A DNA stretch of 64,000 bases from the sequence record MF360958.1. One strand, written 5' to 3'. The notes under the pieces were generated by a model. The model saw only the letters and a list, made by a program, of their open reading frames with translations, made no database searches and was not told the origin of the DNA. The translations under genes and the position numbers were made by a program. This document shows positions 1-7,729 of this stretch, piece after piece. Within the stretch, counting starts at the first letter, position 1, and each line of letters opens with the position of its first letter.

Positions 1-702
1 TATGGTAAAAGAGCACATGTTTGTGGAGATCACGTTTGGGAAGTTTCTACTAATAATGAAGAAAACGTTATAAAATCCACGAATCAAATAAAAGAACTTA
101 TAAAAAATCAACATGTATATCTACCTACTATTAGTTATAATAAAATAAAATATAAAAATAACTTTGATATTATGAATACCTTATCTCATATGGTAATAGC
201 TCATTTTAAAGATGTTAATATATCTATAAAACACAATCAAATAAATGAACATTCATTTGTTAAAGATAATATTTCTCATATATCTTTTGATCAATACAAC
301 GGTCGCATTAATTACTATGAAAATCAGAATGGTTTAATGGTAATTTTTGATGATTACGAATATAAAATAAAAGATTTTATTGAAAAAATTATTCTAACAT
401 CCAATATTGAAACAAAGTTATATATTATTAAACAGATTGAAAAAACGTTTGGTGATATTAATAAAGAACTCATAATTCAATCTTCCTATGTTATGAAATT
501 TATTCAGTGGATGATGTTTTCAATGGGTTACAGTGTTGATATTCAAACAAATAATGATTACTACACTATTAATGTTAATAGAGATCCAGATCGTGATTAC
601 ATTCAATCAATAGAATATGTTAAACAAGAACAAGTTCAATGTATTAGTATTGATGATGATCGCAACCTATACATTACTGATGATTTTATCCCAACACATA
701 AT
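1..702 (+). mobile_element. Intein (C-terminal about 234 aa visible) with an apparently degenerate homing endonuclease region
   Basis: Block B-like CGDHVW near base 22-39. Blocks F/G VQCISIDDDRNLYITDDFIPTHN end in His-Asn (697-702), followed by Thr (703-705) as the +1 nucleophile. Confidence 0.85.
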
Positions 703-1170
703 ACTCTCGAAGAGAAAATGCATCCATGGATGCTTCCAATTTTTGATATTTTAAGTGAATTTTTTGATTCACAAACTCTTAAAAGCTATATTGAAAATGG
801 TAATATTGAAATCGCACCGCTAGCTTATATGCGCGGTCGTAACCTTGGACCTATTATTATGGATGATAATCAAGAAGATCAAAGAGGTTATATCATCATT
901 GCTGATGAAATGCAGAATAGTACAGAAGAACAAATGAAAATGCTTCTTACCCGTATTGGACATAATAGTAAAATGATTATTACAGGTGATCCTAGTCAAC
1001 ATGATAGAGATATGGATTCAAATGGTCTCATTGACATCATTCAGAAATTGAGATATAAAAAGATAAACTCTTGCAGTCTACATGAATTTAATGATCAAGA
1101 AGTTCAAAGATCTAAAGCAGTAAAAGACATTCTTAACGTTTATAGTGAAGGTAACAAGGAAAATCATTAA
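1..1170 (+). CDS. phoH: PhoH-family ATPase interrupted by an intein; 5' end lies outside the window
   Basis: Frame is open from base 1 (YGKRAHVCGDHVW...), upstream of the ORF-track ATG at 172. The C-terminal part has PhoH motifs LEEKMHPW, LAYMRGR, IIADEMQN, LLTRIG, IITGDPSQ. Confidence 0.9.
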   Translation, partial: YGKRAHVCGDHVWEVSTNNEENVIKSTNQIKELIKNQHVYLPTISYNKIKYKNNFDIMNTLSHMVIAHFKDVNISIKHNQINEHSFVKDNISHISFDQYNGRINYYENQNGLMVIFDDYEYKIKDFIEKIILTSNIETKLYIIKQIEKTFGDINKELIIQSSYVMKFIQWMMFSMGYSVDIQTNNDYYTINVNRDPDRDYIQSIEYVKQEQVQCISIDDDRNLYITDDFIPTHNTLEEKMHPWMLPIFDILSEFFDSQTLKSYIENGNIEIAPLAYMRGRNLGPIIMDDNQEDQRGYIIIADEMQNSTEEQMKMLLTRIGHNSKMIITGDPSQHDRDMDSNGLIDIIQKLRYKKINSCSLHEFNDQEVQRSKAVKDILNVYSEGNKENH

Positions 1171-1402
1171 AATAGCCTAGCTTCATCTTTTTGTAATCAT
1201 TATTTGTTAAAATAATCGAAACCGTATTATCATCATTAATGGTTATACGGTTTTTCTCTTTTATTTGAGAAATTCTAAGCTTTTTTGATATAATTCTAGC
1301 ACATATAATATTAAAATTATTATCATTACCGTGAATGATAATTGAATTAGTACTTAATTCCATTCTAAAGTCATAATTTAAAATAGATGCTTTTTTAATC
1401 AT
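1133..1402 (-). CDS. Hypothetical protein
   Basis: 89-aa ORF filling the gap between phoH and the next gene; no recognised motif. Confidence 0.5.
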   Translation of the reverse strand: MIKKASILNYDFRMELSTNSIIIHGNDNNFNIICARIISKKLRISQIKEKNRITINDDNTVSIILTNNDYKKMKLGYFNDFPCYLHYKR

Positions 1403-1489
1403 AAAACCTTATTGTTATTTTTATCTCAATACTATAAATATTTATAAGAAATTAAAATTGATTTCTTAATTCAATAAAGGAGAAGAAAG

Positions 1490-1705
1490 ATGACACATGA
1501 ACAAGCATTTCAGGAATATCTAGGCAGTCCCGCAAGCGGTAAAAAAGCATTTGTTATTGAACTAGCTGAGGGTGAGAATAATCCATTTTCTAAAATTGCT
1601 GGTGGAAAAATTACTGGTCGTGGTCGTATGATTATGAAAAGCAATGCTCTGTATATTGAAGCGGAGAGTTGTTCAAACAATGAAGCGCAAGAGCTTACAG
1701 TTTAA
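1490..1705 (+). CDS. Small hypothetical protein, probably late-expressed
   Basis: AAGGAG RBS, TATAAATA box at 1433-1440, terminator downstream. Confidence 0.7.
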   Translation: MTHEQAFQEYLGSPASGKKAFVIELAEGENNPFSKIAGGKITGRGRMIMKSNALYIEAESCSNNEAQELTV

Positions 1706-1730
1706 ATAATACATTTTAAACATAGAACTA

Positions 1731-1757
1731 AAAAAGCCTCCATAAAGGAGGCTTTTT
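1731..1757. terminator. Bidirectional intrinsic terminator
   Basis: aaaaagcctcc-ataaa-ggaggcttttt between convergent genes. Confidence 0.85.
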
Positions 1758-1759
1758 AT

Positions 1760-2641
1760 TTATACAGCCACTTGTGGTTTTGGAGTTTTCATAGGTGTTT
1801 TATTAACACGACCGTTATACAAAACATCTTCCCATTTCATATATAATAAATCATCAATTGTGTTTAATGATTTATTTAATTTTACACCAGTTTCATTCTC
1901 ATAATATTCACGTGTTAGAATCTCTTCTGTGTATTCTATCTGATTAGTGTATATATGTGCATCTGTTAGATCTATAGCCAGATGTCCTACATCCATATTA
2001 ACTAATTCAGCCATTGCAAGAAGGTATAAAGCATATTGTTGGTAATTGAAAGGGAGTCCAAATACCGCATCAGAACTACGTGAAAATACTTTGAGATTTA
2101 ATACTTTACTACCTTCGTCATTCTTAGTTACTACAAATTGATGAGAATGGAAACAAGGCAATAGTGCCATTTCATGAGATTGAGCCGGATTCCAAAATGT
2201 AACATAATGACGACGACTGAAAGGATTGTTTCTCAATTGTTCTACAGTATCTAATAATTGATCAATATGTTCTCCATTGAAGTTGCGTAGTTGATATCCA
2301 TAAGCTTTTCCCATTGATCCAGTAGGTTCATCGTATAAACCTCGGTTATCTAAGAATTCTCGTGAAGTGTTACCTTCCCAAATTTTAATACCACGATTTA
2401 TAAGATGATTGGTATCCGTTACACCGTTTAGAAACATCCAAAATTCTTCAAACGCAAATCTCAACGGTGTAGGTCGCACTGAAGCGCTCGGGAAATACTC
2501 GCTACAATTAAAAATTAATTGCTGATTGAATAGTTTACGACAACCAAATCCAGTTCGATCTTCTGTATCAACACCATGATTATAAATGTTATTTAATAAA
2601 TTGACGTATCCACTTTCGTTATGATATTGTTGATTAAACAT
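1760..2641 (-). CDS. thyA: Thymidylate synthase
   Basis: DRTG, EEFWMFLNG, YGYQLR, MALLPCF (catalytic Cys), RSSD, GLPFN, DAHIY. Start placed at the ATG at 2641, which has a GGAG RBS. Confidence 0.95.
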   Translation of the reverse strand: MFNQQYHNESGYVNLLNNIYNHGVDTEDRTGFGCRKLFNQQLIFNCSEYFPSASVRPTPLRFAFEEFWMFLNGVTDTNHLINRGIKIWEGNTSREFLDNRGLYDEPTGSMGKAYGYQLRNFNGEHIDQLLDTVEQLRNNPFSRRHYVTFWNPAQSHEMALLPCFHSHQFVVTKNDEGSKVLNLKVFSRSSDAVFGLPFNYQQYALYLLAMAELVNMDVGHLAIDLTDAHIYTNQIEYTEEILTREYYENETGVKLNKSLNTIDDLLYMKWEDVLYNGRVNKTPMKTPKPQVAV

Positions 2642-2720
2642 ACTTTCTCCACTGCTTAAATAAAAGTTTAAAATAAAATTGTTATTTGTCAATAACTTAT
2701 CTATGTTTTAATAAATACGG

Positions 2721-2749
2721 TTGCAATTTCAATAACAAGTCGTTATACT
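2721..2749 (+). promoter_or_regulatory. Sigma70-type promoter
   Basis: TTGCAA-N17-TATACT upstream of the lipoprotein gene. Confidence 0.6.
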
Positions 2750-2777
2750 TGTGAAACAAATATACAGAGGTGAATTT

Positions 2778-3017
2778 ATGAAACGTAATTCTATTTTAAT
2801 GACTACTATTATGGCTATGGGGATTAGCCTTGGTGGATGTGCACATCATCCGGGAATGTCTTATAACGAATATAATCAAAAAATAGTTATGTGTGAACAA
2901 CTTGACATGAACGTAACTGTTATTCATGGTGTTAAGAATAACGTTCCTTATGTTCGTGAGGTTGTCTGTAAAGATCAAAAAGGCGCATCTTGGAACGCAC
3001 AACAACTTAGTCAATAA
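2778..3017 (+). CDS. Small putative lipoprotein
   Basis: Signal peptide MKRNSILMTTIMAMGISLGG-C with a lipobox Cys; GAGG RBS before the ATG at 2778. Confidence 0.65.
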   Translation: MKRNSILMTTIMAMGISLGGCAHHPGMSYNEYNQKIVMCEQLDMNVTVIHGVKNNVPYVREVVCKDQKGASWNAQQLSQ

Positions 3018-3078
3018 TACTCAACTTATGTTTTTTTATTTAATTAAATAAAAAAACATATTATAAATATATTTCAAA

Positions 3079-4215
3079 ATGGAAATCGTTATGAACTATA
3101 AAGAAATTTTTGAAAATTGGTTTAATACCTTTTTTTCCAACAGTGACTATAAAATCCGTATGGAAAACACTGTTGAATCATCTCCGTATCATTTGGAAGA
3201 CAACGTTTGGGTACATACTCAGATGGTTGTGTCTGAATATATGAACTGCGTAAACAATGATGAATGGACACGACAAGACTTCATGGGCGCTATTGCCGCA
3301 AGTTTCCATGATACCGGTAAGCCGCATACGGAAGAAGAATTTTACGATGATAAGCATGGCAAATGGAAAAAGCGTTATTCAAACCATGAATACTATTCTG
3401 GTGGTCTTTTCATTGATTTCGCACTTGGATGTTACGAAGGCAACTGGATTGTACGTCATTATCTTACTGATGATGATATTTATAACGTATGGGTAATGAT
3501 TGCTTATCATATGCCGTATCAATATAACAATGATCGTCTTCGTAAAATCAAAACACATTGTTATACGAACTATATTCTTGGAACTTACTACAATTTCATC
3601 CAAGGTGATATGTTGGGTAGAATTTATCATAATTCTATTCCTGTACATAAGAGACAAGGCAAGTTTGCTAAATTTAAAAGAAACATGGATTCTTTGGATA
3701 ACTGTATTTTTAACCTTAGCGAATTGGCAGTTGATAAAAACGTGATGTTGCTTTGTGGAGTAACTGGTGTAGGTAAAACCAGCATTGCTAAAGAAACTAT
3801 GGATATGCCTGATACATCTCTTATTGCGTATCATAGTATGGATGAATGCCGTTATCAATTCTATGGTTATGATAACTATGAGGATAACTTTAAAGCATCT
3901 TGCGAGGATAGTGATTTCGCTAATCGTGAATATGGCGAGTTTACGAAAAAATTGAAAGAGAATGCTTTTATTATTGTGGACAATACGCATATCTCTTTCA
4001 ATCGTCGTAAAAAGTACTTGCAGCATAGTAAGAAAATTGATGTTTATAAAAGCGGTATTCTGAAAGTTGTGAGTTATCATCGAAATGTCAAACAATGTAT
4101 GAATCGTACTGATAAATACATTGGACAGAACGTTATTGATCGGATGTATTTCGCATTTCAGCCGATTCTGACTGGTGAATTTGACGACATTAAGGTTTAT
4201 ATGGAATATGACTAA
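3079..4215 (+). CDS. HD-domain phosphohydrolase fused to a P-loop polynucleotide-kinase-like (AAA_33) domain
   Basis: PYHLEDNVWVHT...FHDTGKP...H (HD); LCGVTGVGKTS Walker A; IIVDNTH...RR kinase motif. Confidence 0.75.
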   Translation: MEIVMNYKEIFENWFNTFFSNSDYKIRMENTVESSPYHLEDNVWVHTQMVVSEYMNCVNNDEWTRQDFMGAIAASFHDTGKPHTEEEFYDDKHGKWKKRYSNHEYYSGGLFIDFALGCYEGNWIVRHYLTDDDIYNVWVMIAYHMPYQYNNDRLRKIKTHCYTNYILGTYYNFIQGDMLGRIYHNSIPVHKRQGKFAKFKRNMDSLDNCIFNLSELAVDKNVMLLCGVTGVGKTSIAKETMDMPDTSLIAYHSMDECRYQFYGYDNYEDNFKASCEDSDFANREYGEFTKKLKENAFIIVDNTHISFNRRKKYLQHSKKIDVYKSGILKVVSYHRNVKQCMNRTDKYIGQNVIDRMYFAFQPILTGEFDDIKVYMEYD

Positions 4216-4603
4216 GAAAAACGATCAATATTTTAAGGAAGATTCAAAGGGGGAAGTAATTCTTCCCCCTTATATTAATCAACAGTATTTTGAAGAAAAT
4301 CGTGAAAAACTGTTAAAGATGAAACATTTTGATTTTGATTTCACCAAGCGGTATAATCAAAATCAAATTGATAATATTGTTTCTCTGAATGGTTTTCAAT
4401 TATTTTTAACCTGTCATTTACTTTCCAATACATTCAACCGTGCTTTTATGAAATCCCTTCAATTTCAAGTTAGACAGTGGATTAACCATCCGAAATATCA
4501 TTATCCATTGAGTGGTAAACAAGAAAAATCCCTTGAAAAATCCGATTTGTATCAAAAATTCAAGGGACGTAATCATAATTTTAGAATGTTATATGATGTT
4601 TAG
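4208..4603 (+). CDS. Hypothetical protein
   Basis: ATG at 4208 overlaps the stop of the HD-kinase gene (translational coupling). Confidence 0.6.
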   Translation: MTKKNDQYFKEDSKGEVILPPYINQQYFEENREKLLKMKHFDFDFTKRYNQNQIDNIVSLNGFQLFLTCHLLSNTFNRAFMKSLQFQVRQWINHPKYHYPLSGKQEKSLEKSDLYQKFKGRNHNFRMLYDV

Positions 4604-4623
4604 CATTTTATATAAAAGACAGT

Positions 4624-4682
4624 AAGCGCCTATCCTCACCTTCGTTCGGACTTATTCGGCGCTTGATAGCGATCACGTGATC
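4624..4682 (-). promoter_or_regulatory. GC-rich hairpin plus 12-bp palindrome immediately 3' of the CLec-like gene (candidate retrohoming signal)
   Basis: Minus strand AAGCGCC...TCCGAACGAAGGTGAGGA...GGCGCTT; perfect palindrome GATCACGTGATC at 4671-4682 spans the stop codon. Confidence 0.5.
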
Positions 4683-5410
4683 AGTGTTAAGCAGGGACGC
4701 CAGCCAGAATTAGAATTGGAAAAAGACGAGGTAGAGGCAGAGAAGTTGGACAAGGAACCGACACCACGGTAAACACGTCTTGAAGTATCGTAACTAGGGG
4801 TTTCCTGACACCATGTACGTCTACCATCTCCACTACTCACTACAATGTCACTATCCGTATAATTTGCCCAATTTGAACCTTCTTGGTTAGTAGGTGTATC
4901 TTGATGAATACGGTATATTAGGTCATTCCATTCAGATCCTATACTTTCAACAGGGTCATAGTATGAATTACTAGCTCCTTCCGTAGTATTATCTCCATTC
5001 CAACTGGTAGGATCATTACTAGCACCTTTTAGCAAACGTACCTTGAAATTATAACCCGATTTAGCTACCTCTGCATCATTCTCCCCACCATAGACCGCAT
5101 TTACCGCTGATATATCATCCCAAGATATACTATATCGATAAGGTTTCTTAGCTACATATAGGATATCTCCCTTATATGCAAACTTTAGCCATGGTTCATT
5201 ATCCCACTGAGCAGTGCCTGCTGTGAGATTGATTTCACTAGCTAATTCAGGACCAGTGAATAATTCGGAAGCATCGACTTCTCCAAAAAATCCTGCTTGC
5301 ATGTCGCCAGCTATAAGTTCGCTAGGACCGATACCTAGCTCGACTGAAGGACTTGCTTTCTTCACTTTGGTTTGTCCTTGTTGTTTAATATTATTCCATT
5401 TTATGCTCAT
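4673..5410 (-). CDS. Virion structural protein with a C-type-lectin (CLec)-like C-terminus; candidate DGR target
   Basis: FFGEV..EL..G.ELA...LTAGT..WLKF..LYVAKKPYRYSISW pattern of jumbo-phage structural proteins; ends RVYRG...SGWRPCL as CLec-fold variable proteins do; AGGAG RBS. Confidence 0.75.
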   Translation of the reverse strand: MSIKWNNIKQQGQTKVKKASPSVELGIGPSELIAGDMQAGFFGEVDASELFTGPELASEINLTAGTAQWDNEPWLKFAYKGDILYVAKKPYRYSISWDDISAVNAVYGGENDAEVAKSGYNFKVRLLKGASNDPTSWNGDNTTEGASNSYYDPVESIGSEWNDLIYRIHQDTPTNQEGSNWANYTDSDIVVSSGDGRRTWCQETPSYDTSRRVYRGVGSLSNFSASTSSFSNSNSGWRPCLTLIT

Positions 5411-5467
5411 TATAATTTTTCTCCTGTATTGTTCTTTAGTAATTGTTCTAATAATATTTATGTAATT

Positions 5468-7288
5468 TTATTTCTTTTTAATATTACTTTTAGTTAACAT
5501 ATTATCGATACGCTCATTAGCTTCTTCGATTAATGATTTAACGGCTGATTGATAACTTTCATAACTATTTTCACAATACTCAGGAAATTGATTTGAGAAC
5601 CAAAGCATAATCGTTGCATGTTTTACAAACGTTTCAAGATCCGACAGCGCCATACTACTATTCACATCATTATCATTCGGCAAATGAATCTTTCCTTCCT
5701 CAAACATTTGCTTTACTAAACTATTAAAAATAGTTGTGTTTTTTTCATAATCAACAGGACAGTTAACAAGATTATAGTGAGATTTAACCATTTCAGGATA
5801 TTTGTTTTCTAAAAATTCAGCAATTTTAATTTTATTATTCAATTTGGAATTCTTGTATAATCCCTTTTCAGGGAATTTCTCATTTTCTGACCAATCCTTT
5901 AGAATCGAACTTAAACTGTATTTTTCAAGCAATGTTTCTATATAATGCTGTGTTGGAATAACGTTAAGTTTTTTATTTGGAACATCCAACTGATGCTTCA
6001 TTGTTTGTGTTATATATTTCAACGTTTCATTATCCAGTGCGCCATAGTAACCTACGTCATAAATCCCGTAACGTCCGCAACGTCCACAAATTTGCTTAGT
6101 GAGCATATCGCCTAGAACATTAAAGGCATATCCATCATATTTTTTGAAATTATAGAAAATGATATTTTCAATAGGAAGGTTCATACCCATACCAATAGCA
6201 TCTGTTGCAATGAGAACATCTGTATCACCATTGATGAACTTTTCCGCTTGAGACTTACGTACTTCATGGCCCAATGCACCATAAATCATTGAAACCTTAT
6301 AATTCTTTGGTAGTTCCTGTCGCACACGAAAAACATCTTTACGGGAGAATACAACAATTGCACTGTTTGACGGAATATTATTAAAATTATAAGGTTTCTT
6401 AACAGGTTTTATTTTGGATTTTCTTTGAAAATGATGAACTTCAATTTCTTCGCCAAGATCATGAGCAATATGGCGTAAACGATCTTCGTAGTCAGGAGGA
6501 CCAGTTACAATAACATTCTCTGCATCAGCACCAATTAAAGCCTGAACAAAGAACGGTCCCCGATCACGGTCATCAATAAGTTGTACTTCATCAATAACTA
6601 CCGTATCGTAATGATTCTCAGAATTGAAACATTCAATGGTGGATGATGTACATTGTGGTGTTTTACTATTAATAAGCTTTTCTTCACCAGTAATTAGGTT
6701 TGTCTCTATACCTTGAGAATTAAGATAATTATAGTTTTCATATGCAAGTAATCTTAACGGTGCAAGATAAGCCCCTTTAAAACTGTCTGCTAGTTGGCTC
6801 ATTGCATTATAGGTTTTTCCAGAATTGGTTTCTCCTAAATAAGCTATGATTTTTCGTTTACGCTTTCGAGCTTTATAGAAAATATCAGGATAATCTGAAA
6901 TATTACTAAAATATTCTGTTTCATATTTCAAGGATTCTTCATCCAGTCGCTTTCTAATAACACAGGCATAATCTTCTGCGTTCGTTTCAGACATATCTTT
7001 TTCATTAAGCACTGCTTGAATTATATCTTTATCGAGTAATTGGTAATGAGCTAAACATTCTTGGATGAAATTATCAAGGAATTGCTGTTTCTTAAAAATA
7101 CTATTGGTTCTTTGTGTCATCTGTTTCACAAAGCTTTTTGCTTTTTTATTGAAATTTACTTTGATGCGTACTGTTAAATTATTAGTTGTGTAGTCATTTT
7201 GTAAGCCGTTTTCTGTCCATTCGATGTTATTGCTTTTGAGATCTTGAGCTACTTCTGGATATTGTTTAAGTAATTTTTTATAATTCAT
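5468..7288 (-). CDS. SUV3-like superfamily 2 RNA/DNA helicase
   Basis: LGETNSGKTY, YLAPLRLLAYE, LITGEE, DEVQLIDDRDRG, ATDAIGMGMNLPI, QICGRCGR. Confidence 0.9.
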   Translation of the reverse strand: MNYKKLLKQYPEVAQDLKSNNIEWTENGLQNDYTTNNLTVRIKVNFNKKAKSFVKQMTQRTNSIFKKQQFLDNFIQECLAHYQLLDKDIIQAVLNEKDMSETNAEDYACVIRKRLDEESLKYETEYFSNISDYPDIFYKARKRKRKIIAYLGETNSGKTYNAMSQLADSFKGAYLAPLRLLAYENYNYLNSQGIETNLITGEEKLINSKTPQCTSSTIECFNSENHYDTVVIDEVQLIDDRDRGPFFVQALIGADAENVIVTGPPDYEDRLRHIAHDLGEEIEVHHFQRKSKIKPVKKPYNFNNIPSNSAIVVFSRKDVFRVRQELPKNYKVSMIYGALGHEVRKSQAEKFINGDTDVLIATDAIGMGMNLPIENIIFYNFKKYDGYAFNVLGDMLTKQICGRCGRYGIYDVGYYGALDNETLKYITQTMKHQLDVPNKKLNVIPTQHYIETLLEKYSLSSILKDWSENEKFPEKGLYKNSKLNNKIKIAEFLENKYPEMVKSHYNLVNCPVDYEKNTTIFNSLVKQMFEEGKIHLPNDNDVNSSMALSDLETFVKHATIMLWFSNQFPEYCENSYESYQSAVKSLIEEANERIDNMLTKSNIKKK

Positions 7289-7348
7289 AACCAGTCCTAT
7301 AGGTCTTTTAATTTTATACTACGTATTAATTCATTTATGTCAAGTATT

Positions 7349-7580
7349 CATTTGGCATGAATACCTGAATGCCAAATGCTTTCGGGTTGATTAAACCCGA
7401 ATAAAACATATTTGTTTAGCTATATTTATTAGCTACTATAGTATTCATTAATAATGATGTACTTATTCATTGTCATTCATAAGTACATATAAGTAAATTT
7501 TATTTACATCCATATACAGTACTAATTTATTACTATTCAACTTTATTAAAACTCTTACTTATTCTTATTAGGATAATAAG
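7349..7580. repeat. Cluster of inverted repeats in a divergent intergenic region
   Basis: catttggcat/atgccaaatg (7349-7378), ttcgggtt/aacccgaa (7381-7401), atgtacttat/ataagtacat (7457-7488), gtaaat/atttac (7492-7506), cttatt/aataag (7558-7580). Confidence 0.7.
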
Positions 7581-7729
7581 GAGAAAGGTTAGACTTTTGC
7601 ATTCACAATCAGAACAATTCTATGAATAAATCACTGAGTACTTGACAGAAAACACGTTGAATATATGATGAATGTCATTCAAAGAATTATTAAAAACGGA
7701 TATACACTGAAACGGTTAAAAAACATAAT

